Shown here: piece by piece, positions 50,511-63,015 of the stretch
Layout: the number at the start of each line of letters is the position of its first letter
Numbering within the stretch: the first letter of the stretch is position 1
Assembly: GCF_018350175.1 (NCBI RefSeq)
Contig: NC_058368.1
Coordinates: 156,924,001 to 156,988,000 of the forward strand
DNA: 64,000 bases
Direction: 5' to 3'
Source of the DNA: Felis catus
Lineage: Eukaryota
The notes under the pieces: model-generated
The model's input: the letters and a program-made list of their open reading frames with translations, nothing else
Told to the model about the DNA's origin: nothing
The model's database searches: none
Translations under genes and position numbers: made by a program

Positions 50511-50889
50511 AAACACATGAGTGGCAAAAGAGACCTTTTTAACATTCAAAAAGAATTTACTAATTAATATTAAAACAACAACCCAATACAAAACTTAACA
50601 GAAATTAGTGGATAAATAAGCTATGCACAGAGAAAGGAATACACGTGGTCATCAATAACTTCATCATTATCTAAATAAATGTAAATTTTTTAAATGCCAC
50701 ATTTTCTAACCAGTAATATTGGAAAAGATAAATTAAATGGATTATATCCATTATTCACATGTGTTGCTTTTTTTAAAAAAAGGAACTCTCGTGCACTATT
50801 AGTGGAAATACAAAATGGAACACATTTGTTAAGGAAATTTAGCAATATATATCAAAATGCTGAAAATGTTTACCATTTGACCCAGTAAG

Positions 50890-51310
50890 TGCTGGTCAAC
50901 TACTTTGGGGAGTTCCCCAGGTGAAACTCATTATTCAATTTTTTTATTATTTATAGATAATATCAAATCTGGTCCCCCTACAAGGGTTTAATAAGCAAAG
51001 GAACTTATGAGGCTTGTCTTAGATGGCCATGAGACTAATCAATCTCCACACTCACTCACCAGAATCTTAAAAGTTTATATAGCGGCCTTAACTGGGTTCA
51101 GACCCATATTCAATCTACTTGGTCTCAACAACACCTTGCTCTCTCAAGGCTTCATCCTTGAAATGGCCGCTAGTACGGGAATCGTAGGCAGAACATACAT
51201 TTTAGGGACAAGGGAGCAGTCATACAATAGTAGGCAAAACATACATTCTAAAGACAGACCAGATCTCTGGTCAACCAGCAGTCACATCCTCTCTATGGCC
51301 TTTTTCAACA
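50890..51310 (-). mobile_element. Solo ERVL LTR (MER74-like), 421 bp
   Basis: TG...CA termini; 5-bp TSD gtaag (50885-50889, 51311-51315); tttaataagcaaaggaactta and ccagaatcttaaaagtttatatag motifs. Confidence 0.75.
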
Positions 51311-52049
51311 GTAAGTTTTTCTAATAATTTACCTGACAGATATACTGTCACAAATGTTCAAAGATGTGTAATAATTACAGCATGTTTAAACAGTGAAATT
51401 TTAAAACAATCTAAATATTCATCGGTAGGGGTCTGGTTAAATAGCAATGCATAAAAACAAGGGAATACCACAAAGTCATTAAAGTAAACTGTAAGATATG
51501 AAAAATAACTATAATACATATTTAAATTTAAAGGAAACTCACAGACCAATGCGAGAATGCTTTTTTTTTAACCTTTAAAAGTGTAGAGGTAGGTTAATAT
51601 ATACCCCATGTGTGCACTTAGGGCATCTGGAAGGGAATACATCTCACATTTCTCACATTGCACAATTTTGAACTGTCAGATCTTTATAACCATATGTTGA
51701 CTTTAAAATAAAAACTTTCTAATAACTGGTTAAACTTTTAAGACATAGGAAAGCCTTAACATTTCTAAAATAAAGAATGAATTTAATATAGGACATATAA
51801 TAAATTAACATTAATTAATATCACATTAATTAATATCAACTATATTATTATAGGACATAATGTAGTGGGCATTAGATGTCTTGGAATGAGAAAATCTGTG
51901 TTTGAATTCAGCTTTATCCCTTACTTACTATCAATAATTTATCAAACCCATATTTACTGAGATACTAGTACCTGTGTGCTAGCTATTAGAATTCTAGCAA
52001 TTAGCCAAACAGAAGAGACTTTTCCTTTATGGAGCCCACAACTACTAGT

Positions 52050-52210
52050 TATATCATTTAACTTATCTGGAATGCAGTTTTCCCATCTGTAAAATGGGAG
52101 TAGCAATGCCCACTTCCCAGGTTATTGTGACAATCAAATGAGTTCATGCATTGAAAGTATCTAGCTAGTGCCTGGAACATAATAAGCACTCAGAAAATAT
52201 TTGCTGAATG
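52050..52210 (+). mobile_element. MIR
   Basis: cagttttcccatctgtaaaatggg...cccaggttattgtgacaatcaaatgag...tagtgcctggaacataataagcactca. Confidence 0.85.
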
Positions 52211-52309
52211 TAAAGTTTATGCAGTCACAATTGACTTCACTAGCCTGAGTTTTCAGAGAAAATAAAAAAGACAACAAAAGTAACTTTGTTTAGAAGACAA
52301 ATGATAGAT

Positions 52310-52461
52310 GCTATCTTCAGGCTGCTCTAACAAAATATCATAAACTGGGTAGGTTAAATAACAGACATTTATTTCTCATAGTACTGGAGGCTAGGAAGTC
52401 TGAGATCCAAGTGCCTGGGGATTCTGTTTCTTTTTCTTTCTTTCTTTCTTTCTTTCTCTTC

Positions 52462-52528
<67 letters not shown>

Positions 52529-52957
52529 TCAGTTTATTTATTTATTTAGAGAGAGAACATGAGAGAGAGAGGGAGAGAGAAAATTCCAAGCTGGCTCTGC
52601 ACTGACAGACGTGAGGGCCTGAACTCACAAACCATGAGATCAAGACCTGAGCCAAGATCAAGAGTTGGATGCTCAACCAACTGAGCCACCCAGGCACCCA
52701 GGAGATTCTGTCTCTGACAAAAGCTCTCTTCCTGATTTACAGATGATCACCTCTTTGCTGTTCCCCTCATGGTAGAGAAAGAGCTCTGGTCTTGCTTCCT
52801 CTTTTTATAAGGACACTAATCCCATCATGAAGGCTTCACAATGAAGACTTACCCAAACTTAATTGCTGGCAAAGTCCCACCAGTAAGTACTATCGCAGTA
52901 GATGTTACAGTTTCAAGGTATCAATGTGGGGAAGGGCACAAACATTCAATCCATACA
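52310..52957. mobile_element. MLT1A-like MaLR LTR with a nested SINE
   Basis: ggctgctctaacaaaata...aactgggt...acagacatttatttctca...ctggaggct; ttataaggacactaatcccatcatga; cacaaacattca. Confidence 0.85.
52431..52699 (-). mobile_element. Can-SINE with (TTTC)n-expanded tail
   Basis: TSD gg(g/a)gattctgt(t/c)tct; (TTTC)n at 52431-52530. Confidence 0.93.
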
Positions 52958-53754
52958 GATACCAATATTTATATACTCATTGCATAAGAGGCTATTTCTC
53001 CCTCCTCAGAATAAGCCAAGATAGGTAAATATTTCATTTGAGCAAATTTGTCATCGATCTTATGAACAAAGAATAGTTTTGATATGTCAGACTAATTAAT
53101 GTCATCACAGAAAAATCTTTTGGGATATGTTTGGATTTGCTAGTTATTGCCAAACTCACATCCTGACATTCCCAGCTTACATCTGTAAAGGAAAGATGAT
53201 GGGATTGGTATTACATAATTTTTTTTTCAAATTATTGACTAATCTGACTTTGGAATTATTTATTTTAAATGTATTTTCAACAATTTTTGTTTATGATACA
53301 ATTGCAAACCATTTTGGAGCAACTTTTTTGTTTGTTTGTTTGTTTGTTTGCTCAACTAAATTAAGTTGGCAGTGAAAAGGGATGAAACCAATAATAAGGA
53401 GGTAAAGGGTAAAAAGGAATAGATAATACTTATGTTAAACTCACTGAGAACAATAGAGATTAATTGCTTTCATACCAATATTATAATTTTATAAATAATG
53501 ACTGAAAAGCCATTTCAACTTTGAAGTTACTTGGTTGACTTGAATTAGAGTAAAATCTGCTATTTTACTATAGTAGGCAATAAGGGAGATTGCATTAGTT
53601 TCAGCAAAAGCATTTTTGTTTTTTATAGTTTGGGATTATTCTTGAGATTTATTCTTCCTGGTAGTAAAATAAACAACTAAGAAGTTGGAGTGACGTAAGT
53701 AACTTTTAAGACAATAACTTCAATTTAAAGCCAAAAATGCAATAAAAGGACCCA

Positions 53755-54450
53755 ATAATTCAATTCAACATACACATTATGAGCACTTCCGAAGTACAGA
53801 GTCTGTCCTAGGTGCTAACTTAACATAAGATGAAGCATGCCCAATCTTTGTCCTTGCAGAGCATATATTCTAGAAAGGGAGCTATGACACATTCATAAAT
53901 GATTATTAGACAGTAAATAATGATTTGTGTTCTTTAAGAGAAATAAAAGATGGTTTAGTGATAGATAGAGGAGAGAGATATTTTTTGGGTGGCAGATGGG
54001 GTAGGTGATAGGGTCAGGAAGTTTCCATGAGCCAACATGGCATTTGAGCTAAGCCTTGAAAAATGGATAAGGCTTATTTGACAGGTGGAGATGAGGAGCA
54101 GGAATGCCAAATGGAAGAGCATAAGCATAAGCACAGTGTAAGATCATGCACAAGAATGAGCAAATGTTCTGGTTTGCCCAGTTCACTCTGACAAATTCTA
54201 GGGTGGGATCTCTACATATTATGCAGGAGCAAAATATTGCCATCATTTATATAGTATGTTGGACTTTATTCTAAGTAAAGTCACTATTTTTTTTTTTTTT
54301 TTTTTTTTTTTTTGGTATAAAAGTGACATGGTTTAAGCTGTGGTTTGAAGGGATTACACTGACAATGTGTTGGACAAGGGCACAAAAGGAAGCTGGAGGA
54401 ACCATTATAGACTGCATTGACAAAAGGGTAAGTAATAATGGCCTTGGAGT
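53755..54450 (-). mobile_element. L2 3' fragment
   Basis: attcaacatacacattatgagcact...ctaggtgct; gcatttgagctaagccttgaa; ttggactttattctaagt. Confidence 0.65.
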
Positions 54451-54589
54451 TTGGGGCTAGGGTTGTGGCAAAAAGGAAGAAATCTTAAAACCCAATGAGT
54501 GACACATAGGAGGGAAACAACACATATTGAGCTCTTATTTCATTCTAGATGCTTTCTATATGAGCATATATATTTTTTATATATGAGCA

Positions 54590-54788
54590 GGGGTGGCTGG
54601 GTGGCTCAGTCAGTTAAGCATCTGACTTTTGATTTCAGCTCAGGTCTTGATCTCTTGGTTCATGAGATGGAGCCCCACATTGGGCTCTATGCTGACAGCG
54701 TGGGAGCTCCTTGGGATTCTCTCTCTCCCTCTCTGCCACTGTCCTGCTCGTGTGCTCTCACTCTCCCTCAAATAAATAAATAAAATAT
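54590..54788 (+). mobile_element. Can-SINE
   Basis: Head and tail; TSD tttatatatga. Confidence 0.93.
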
Positions 54789-55189
54789 TTATATATGACT
54801 GTGTGTGTGTGTATGTAATCACCACAAGAATCCTAAGTGTTAAGTAATATTATCCTCCTTCCTTAACTGAGGTTAAGAGATCAAATAACTTGCTAACTAG
54901 ATGTGCCCAATTTGAAAAGTCATAGTTTTTCTAGTGTATTTTTCTATAAAATTTACTTGCTAGTTGGTTAATGTGGGAATGTGAGAGAGAGAAAGGAGTA
55001 AAAGATGACTCTTTGGCTTTGACCATGAGTGACTAAGACTATGAAGTTGCCACCAATAAAAATAAAATATCCTAGAGTACAAATAGATTAGATTAGGAAG
55101 GAGGAGGATAATAGTCAAGTTTTAGATAACTTTGAGTTTGAATCAATTTAAAGGTGCTATCAATAGGCACTGTTTCTAATTCCTGCCAC

Positions 55190-56586
55190 CCCCCTCTCTC
55201 TTGTTCACTCACTCAGATCAGGCTTTCATCCCTACCGTTTCACCAAAACTGCTCATGTGAGGCACACAAACAACTGCCTCATTGTTAAATCCAATAGCCA
55301 GTTCTCTACTGTCCTCATAAATTAACAACAGCATTTAATACAACTGTGCTCTCTCTTCTCCCTGATAACTTTTTTTCACTTTGTCTCTAACTCCTTGTGT
55401 TCTCCTGCTTTTCCTTCTACCTCTCAGATAAACCTATTAGTCTCCTTTCTTTGGCTCTTCTCTTCTCAAACTTATAATGTCATAGTGCCTTGGGGATCAG
55501 TTCTTGGTCCTTTTGTCTTTTCCATCCATGCTCATCCTTGTGGTGATCTCATCCAGCCATGACTTTAAATACCATCTATCTGGCACCAACAGTCACATTC
55601 ATATTTCCAGCCCAATGTCACTCCAGAATCCCAGAATCCTATAATCCAACATCCTGTCCAACATCTCCACGTGAACGTCAAATGGATGCCTCAAATTTAT
55701 CATGTCCAAATGTGATCTCCTGATCCTCCCCATCAAACCTGTTTTACCTGCCAACTTTCCAATCTCAATTGATCGCAACTCCATTCTTCTAGTTTTTCAG
55801 GCTAAATAAATCTAATACATCAGGAAATTCTAATGGCTCTTAATTCAAAATATATCCACAAGCTTTCCGTCTCCCATCGACTCTACTTCCAATGTGGTAC
55901 ACTATAACACTGTGCCCAGATTAGAAAATAGCGGTATAATTGGTCTCTCAGAGCTACCCTTATTACCCTACACTTTGTTCTAAGCACAGTAGCTAGAATA
56001 ATCCATTAAACCTGTAAAATACCTCATGTCATTCCTCTGATCAAAACTCTCCAATAGTTTCTCATTTCACAAAGGATAAAAGCCAAATTCCTTACAAGAC
56101 CTGCCAAGACCCTAAACCTTCTCATTTTCTCTCTGACCTTCCCTCCTACCACCACTATTCTTTGAATATACCAGACACATTTGAGCTTTGCAATGGCTAT
56201 TCCTTTGCCTAAAATGCATTACCCCTGAATATTTTCAAACTTAACTCCCTCACTTTCTTTGAGACATTTACAAATGTTTTCATCTGAGCCAGGGCAGTGC
56301 TGACCACCCTATAGAAGAGCACAACCAATACTCCTATCACCACCCCTGCTAACTACACTCCTGATTCTCTTTATCCTGTTTTTTTTTCTCTTCTTTTTCG
56401 TAATGCTTCTCACATACAATCTACTTTTCATATTTTTTATGCTTAAGGTTTCTTGTCTGTCTTCTGCCACTAAAAAGTAAGCACCATGAGGGAGGGTAAC
56501 TTTGTTTTATTCACTGATATATCCCAAGCATCTAGAATATTACCTGCTACCTAGTAGGCACCAGTAAATGTTTCTTGAATAAATGA
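55190..56586 (+). mobile_element. Long L2 fragment including its 3' end, inside an oppositely oriented L2 remnant
   Basis: caggctttcatccc...caccaaaactgctc; tggtgatctcatccag..catgactttaaataccatcta; ends gtaggcaccagtaaatgtttcttgaataaatga. Confidence 0.85.
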
Positions 56587-56994
56587 GATGGTTAGCAAAT
56601 GGAAATTTAATTCAAGTACTATTTAGTGAGTCTTTACTGTGTTCAATATTCTGAAACTGATCTGGAGCTCAGGGGAAAAGTTAGAGATACATTTGAGAGA
56701 CATCAGAACAATTCTAATAACTGAAATTGTGGAAGTGTATATATTTCCAACTAGAAATCCATGAAGCCAAAGGAAAGGCAATTACACACAAATCTTGAGT
56801 GTAGAAGGATAAAGAGCCAGTGAAGCATGGATGGAGAGCTCAGAATCACGCACATGCCACTTCATAGAAAGAAATTTTCCAGAAGAAAGGGGATGTTCAA
56901 CAGTGTGAAGTGTTGTGAAGAGGAGAAGGGGACAAGGATGGGGAAATGGTAACTGGATTTAGTAACTATACTTCAAAAGTTTCTATGAGCTTCA

Positions 56995-57199
56995 GGGGCG
57001 CCTGGGTGGCTCAGCCAGTTGAGTGTCCGACTTTGGCTCAGGTAGTGATCTTGCATTCTGTGAGTTCAAGCCCTGCATCAGGCTCTGTGCTGACAGCTCA
57101 GAGCCTGGAGCCTGCTTCGGATTCTGTGTCTCCCTCTCTCTGCCCCTCCACCACTCATGCTCTGTCTCTCTCTCTCTCTGTCAAAAATAAATAAACTTT
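56995..57199 (+). mobile_element. Can-SINE
   Basis: TSD aaaagtt(t/a)ctatgagcttca. Confidence 0.95.
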
Positions 57200-57469
57200 A
57201 AAAGTTACTATGAGCTTCAAAACAACAGTTATTAAAACAATTATTTCACAAGAAGTTTTATAATGCTCAGTTACAAAAATAGGACAATGGAATCAAGAAA
57301 AGATTTTGTTACACCAGTGAGAAAGCCAAACATATATAAGAAACATTTTATGATATAAGCATTAATTATTAAATGTTAAGCAATCAAAAACCAAAAATTA
57401 TTCATACTTCATTGGCACTTCTTCATCTGTTGGTCATTTGAGTAGTAGTAAAACTTAGACAGCTGGCAG

Positions 57470-57875
57470 CACTTGGACTTGAAAAACCAGAGTTTGAGTC
57501 CTGGTTCTGCCACTTTCTAGCTTATGACTTTGGGCAAATTACTTCAACCCTCTGAGTCTCAGTTTGTTCCTCTGCCAAAAAGATTTAATAATATTTGCCT
57601 TATCTACCTCACAGGTTGATGGGGAGAATAAATGAAATGATGTAAGAGAAGGAGTAAACTATAAATCTCACCATTCCAAGCCAATATTATTCACAGGCAG
57701 CATGCTGTGTTAAGAGTTTTTCAGCTCTGCTATGGTTTGACCAAGACATTGGGCATGACAAATAACCATTGTCCCCACTTGTAAAATTAAAATATCAATA
57801 CCTGCCTTGTTTATCTCATTTGATTCTTCGAGGGATCTAATGAGTGACTGTATAAAAGTGCTTTGCAAACTTGAA
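57470..57875 (+). mobile_element. Two MIR copies
   Basis: gagtttgagtcctggttctgccactttctagc..tgactttgggcaaattactt...ctctgagtctcagttt, plus a second weaker core. Confidence 0.8.
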
Positions 57876-57932
57876 TGTACCATATGTTTGAAGAAAATAT
57901 CTACAGGTTCTCTGTGTTTAAGACTCTTGAAA

Positions 57933-58100
57933 CAGCGGTTCTCATACTTCAGTGTATATAGAATCACTTGGGGAGCTTAGTAAAATTGTAGAATCCAGGG
58001 ACCCCACCCCAGAAATTCCCAGTCAGTGCTCTTACCGGGACCTGGGATCTACATTTGGTATAAGCCCCCTAGGTAATTCTGTTGTACAGTCTACCTGCAG
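57933..58100. mobile_element. MER5-like hAT MITE
   Basis: cagcggttctca...agaatcacttggggagctt...ccccaccccaga...taggtaattct. Confidence 0.75.
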
Positions 58101-58148
58101 AAAGTGGCAAGATTGGGAGTACTGAGGAGATATGAAAAGAAGGGTAGA

Positions 58149-58364
58149 GGGGCGCCTGGGTGGCTCAGTCGGTTAAGTGTCAGACTCAGGTCATGATCTC
58201 ACGGCTCTTGAGTTCCATCCCCACGTCAGTCTCTGTACTGATAGCTCAGAGCCTGGAGTCTGCTTCAGAGTCTGTGTGTGTCTCTCTCTCTCTGCTCCTA
58301 CCCTGCTCTCCCTCTGTCTCTCTCTCTCTAAAAAAAAATAAACATTTAAGAAAAAAGAAAAATA
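58149..58364 (+). mobile_element. Can-SINE
   Basis: TSD aaaagaagggtaga. Confidence 0.95.
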
Positions 58365-59137
58365 AAAAGAAGGGTAGAAAGGGTGGTAGAAAGAAGGTGA
58401 GGCCCCTTCTTCATTCCTGCTGACGGAGGCCTGGAGGTATAGGAAGGGGTGAGCTTATTCTGACATCTGGGTCTCACTCTTGATGCCTACTGAGGAGGGA
58501 TGGTCTTTCCTCCAAACAGTCAAGAAAGTTCTAGAAGCTCTTTATCTAACTGCAAAGAATTTGATCAGAAAGTGAACAAATAACACCACTGATCATTTTA
58601 TTAGTTTGAAATTGGAATAGATGCTTGAACATTGAGAACACATTAATATAATGGGATATGGAATATTTTTATACCAAAATGTTAGACTTTCTCATCCTTG
58701 ATACCAAAACCACTAGGCATGAAAACTGATGATCAGTATGGAAACAAGCACATAATTCTCTCCTACTGGCCACAAAGGTAATCCTCCCAAGTCTCCCTGT
58801 GATTGCATCTCAGTGTTTTGATTCATAGGATGCCCAATACCTTACTTGAATAGGAGCTTAGCCATCCTGGTCCTTCACTGATTTCACACAGCTGAAACTT
58901 GCCCTGGAAATAATTGCTATTTTCCCACAAAAATCCCCTTTCTGCCATTAAGGGTTATCATTTGTTTAAGTGTGGGATAGTACATTTCCCACAATTAACC
59001 TGGAATAATGTTATAGTTCTCCATAGCAACACAAAGATACCATAGATGGTTGCTAAAATAAAAACAGTTAATGAAACAAATCCATGTGTAATTTAAAAAG
59101 TAAATCCATACTCCCTTGCAATGAAGTATTTCTCAAT

Positions 59138-60190
59138 GATAAAAAGCTTCTGCACAGCAAAAGAAACAATAAAACTAAAAGGCAACCTATGAAATGAGAG
59201 AAAATATTTGCAAATAACATATCTAATAAGGGTTAGTATCTAAAACCCATAAAGAACTTGTCAAACTCAACACCTAAAAAATGAATAATCCATTTAATAC
59301 ATGAATAGACACTCAGAATACATGAATAGAGATTTTTCCAAAAAAGACATATAGATGGCCAACAGACACATAAAATGCTCAGGATCACTCACCATCAGAG
59401 AAATACAAATCAAAACCATGATAAGATATCATCTCACACCTGTCAGAATGGCTAAAATTAACACAAAAAACAACAGGTGTTGGCAAGGATGAGAAGAAAA
59501 GGGAACCTTCTCACTGTTGGTGGAAATGCAAACTGGTGGGGCCACTCTGGAAAACAGTACAGAGGTTCCTCAAAAAGTTTAAAATAAAACTATATTACAA
59601 TCTAGCAATTGCACGGCTAGGTATTTACCCAAAGGATACAAAAATACTAATTCAAAGAGATACATGCCCCTCAATGTTTATAGCTACATTATAATAGCCA
59701 AATTATGGAAGCAGTGCAAGTGTCCATCAATAGAGAAACGGATAAAGAAGAGTTGGTGTGTCTATATGTGTATACACACACACATACACACATATACACG
59801 ATGTAATATTACTTAGCCATAAAAAAAGATAATGAAATCTTGCCATTTGCAATGATGTGGATGGAGCTAGAGAGTATTATGCTAATCGAAATCAGCCAGT
59901 TAGAGAAAGACAAATACCATATGATTTCACTCGTAGAATTTAAGAAACAAAACAAATGAGCAAGAGAGGGAAAAGAGAGAGAAAGGAGGCAAACCAAGTC
60001 ACAGACTCTTACACAGAACAAAGTCATGGTTACCTGAGGGGAGATGGGTGTGGGGATGGGTTAAATAAGTGGTGGGGATTGTTGCGATGAGCACTGGGTG
60101 TTGTATGGAGGTGGTGAGTTGTTATGCTGTACGCTTGAAACTGATATTGCACTGTGTGTTAACTAACTAGAATTTAAATAAAAAGTTAAA
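59138..60190 (+). mobile_element. 5'-truncated carnivore L1 (ORF2 end plus 3'UTR)
   Basis: aaaagcttctgcacagcaaaagaaacaat...ctcacacctgtcagaatggctaaaatt...gaaatcttgccatttgcaa...aactaactagaatttaaataaaaa. Confidence 0.95.
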
Positions 60191-60698
60191 TTTGTTTTTC
60201 AAATAATTTTCATCTCCTTTAAAACATTTCCTGTGTGTATTTACCATAGATCATCAAGACATTTGAAATAAATTCCAGGGAAGTTAAAAACAAAAATCGT
60301 CTGTCTCTGAAGGGTGTATACGTTCCACAAACACTAACTCAGAAACGTTCAGGTTCTCTGGTTCAATGTGACAAGTGTCTGTAGTTCCCCTTGGGAAACA
60401 GTCCCAAGAGTCTTATTTTACTTTTATCTTTCACTTTTTTCCATGCAATACTATTATGCCACTCTATGTCCAAGTTTTATCATTTGAAACATAGGAGCAC
60501 ATACAAGCATTTTATTTTCCCTTGCTGAAGATCTATACACGGTGACTTTGCTTCTAGGACATCATGAAAAAAGTCTTTTAGCACATGATTCGAGATTAAA
60601 TGTGCCAGATAATATGTTTAACGGTGATGATCATTCTCTTCATTAAACGTGTGTACTACAGCCATGCTTTACAAGGAGATAAAGAAATATGGTTTAAA

Positions 60699-60912
60699 AA
60701 AATTTTTTTAACGTTTATTTATTTTTGAGACAGAGAGAGACAGAGCATGAACGGGGGAGGGGCAGAGAGAGAGGGAGACACAGAATCGGAAGCAGGCTCC
60801 AGGCTCTGAGCCAACAGCCCAGAGCCTGACGCGGGGCTCGAACTCACTGACCGCGAGATCGTGACCTGAGCTGAAGTCGGACGCTTAACCGACTGAGCCA
60901 CCCAGGCGCCCC
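60699..60912 (-). mobile_element. Very young felid SINEC_Fc-type SINE
   Basis: Near-consensus with most CpGs intact; perfect 15-bp TSD gaaatatggtttaaa (60684-60698, 60913-60927). Confidence 0.96.
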
Positions 60913-62779
60913 GAAATATGGTTTAAACAAATTATGATACATCTACCAGTACAATAGAGTATTTTCATTAAAATTACAAATAGGTAAACTATGTTAATAT
61001 CACAAATATAAACATGTATGTAAAATGGTGTTCATTTAAATGTATTACAATATTTATAATATTATAAATACAAACATGTATGTAAAATGGTGTTCATTTT
61101 AAAAGTAACTACAAAATACAATGTGCATACTGTTTAAAATTATTACAGTTTATTTATTTAAACTGCCTTATTCAAAAAATATTTGGTCACTTTGAAGGCT
61201 TATGGCACACAACAAGATGATAAAAATTAGAAGAAAGTTTAAAAAAGTAAAAAGATATAAAGTACAACTATGTGAACATTTATATCAAAACGAATAAAGT
61301 CCTGAAGATAATTTAGTGAAATATAAAGTTTTATGTTCCATGAATTGTTTTTTCTGTAGAGTCAAGTGCATAATAAAATATTTTTCAGCCACAGATCATG
61401 GAAAATGCCCAAAACAGCTTCATGAAGGAAGTTGTCTCACTGAGACAGAAGACAGGTTCTGAGTTTGTAAGACTCGTGTTCCTAGGGTATATTATCTGAA
61501 TATTAGAATATTAAGGACCTTGGTCTAATTCTTGGGCTTCTAGTTCCTTCTTTTGGAATGTAAATTCCACTAATCTAAGTCAACAAACATGAGAGCCCAT
61601 TATATGTAAGACCCTGTTTCAGTCTCCTTCTCTGTAAAAAAAAGTCGTTAGTAATGATTAATGTCTGCTTCACACTTTGAGGGTAATTATTCCCCCTTTG
61701 CTGAAACAAGCTTTTCCTGATTCCAACAAAGCACAGCACATTTAGAGGTCAATTACAATCGCCTGAGCAAATCTCATTGTGTGCTACATTTATCTGAATA
61801 ATCTAAAACAACTAACGGGAAATACACGTTTCTAGCTCTTAAGAACTAGGATTCTCAATACCTCAGAAAAGTATTTTAACACAATGAAAGGGTTCCAGAG
61901 AAGGGAGACTAAAACACATCACCACAATCTTGGCATTTATTCTATACTAATTACATTTTCGTCAAATTAAGTATGAGAGGAAAATGACTCAAAGCTTCTA
62001 ATATATTTAACTGTGTACAAGATCACTAAGTGCCCCTGGGTGTGTTTCTTGCCTTTAATAAATTAGCATCATTTTCCTTTGAAGAAGACAGTTTGGCATG
62101 TGGGAAACCTGAGAGGACAAAGTCCTGTGAGAAAGTTCCGCATCTTCCCATATACCTCTGTCTGAATTCTGACGGCAGGGAAGCAACAGAAAAGGAGAGA
62201 AAGCAGTGGCTGAGGATCAAAACAAAGACTTCAGACAGGATTCCAGCAGGAGAGACAGGATAGGTTTGGTCCCATTCAGCCAGAGGTCAAGTGGTCTCAC
62301 TTAAGGTGGTCCAATGTGCCTGATGACACAATCCCCAGGCAGCATCCCTTGTGATTCGTTTCTCGATCACGCACGCGCTGCAGGGGAACTCCAGGTAACT
62401 CCCTGAATACACACATGTTCACTAGATATATCTGCTTGAATTCTCTGGCCTTTTTCAATTGCTGAATATTCCTTTTTTATTTTTATTTTTCCTTGAATTT
62501 TGAGTGGTTTTGTTGGTCCTTTGACATCAGGGTTAACATACATCCTTCGAAATACAAAATATACAGCTCCACTATACTTAATATGAAAAATGCTTGCAAG
62601 AAATTCATGGTTTAATTTCTAGTCTGTCTTAAAGGGGAGGTCACATTCAGTATTATTGCTCTGATTTTTACAGTTTAAAAAACAACAACAACAAAAAAAA
62701 ACATAAAAAACTGTTAGACTTCAAGCTCTGGGAGAGAAGGGACCATGGTATAGACATCAGCATGGTCATAGAACGGTGG

Positions 62780-63015
62780 TTCCACATTTAGATTCTTGAG
62801 TAAGCCTGCCTGGTTCAAATACTAACTTTATGAGCTATGCAATCTTTGGAGAAGCTAGATCAGGTCTCTTGGGCTTAGCTATCTCATCGATAAATTGGAA
62901 TAATAATGATAATAATATCTATCTCAAAGATAGGTTGAATATATTGAATGCAATAATCTATACAAAACATTTATCACAATGCCTGTGACAAATACATAAA
63001 AAATGTTTAATAAAT
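62780..63015 (+). mobile_element. MIR
   Basis: ctgcctggttcaaat...gagctatgcaatctttgga...ctcatcgataaattggaataataat...cacaatgcctg. Confidence 0.75.

Larger units (their letters stand above)
47990..51720 (+). mobile_element. Highly degraded old L1 (L1ME-like) ORF2/3' fragments
   Basis: A-rich L1 motifs (aatacaaaaatgggcaaa; aattctactcctagg; atgaaagaagacttgaata; cattataaactacagtaatt; tttgacccag) with no intact ORF. Confidence 0.7.

Noticed and set aside
51007..51324. 105-aa ATG ORF
   Set aside because: Lies almost entirely within a solo LTR; no recognisable protein features.
11120..60901. Recurrent ...TSAQVMIS...LTAQSLEPASDSVSPSL ORFs suggesting a gene family or array
   Set aside because: All are translations of Can-SINE copies.
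62330..62400. Small CpG cluster (gatcacgcacgcgctg) as a distal enhancer
   Set aside because: Too short to support from sequence alone; motif matches are expected by chance.
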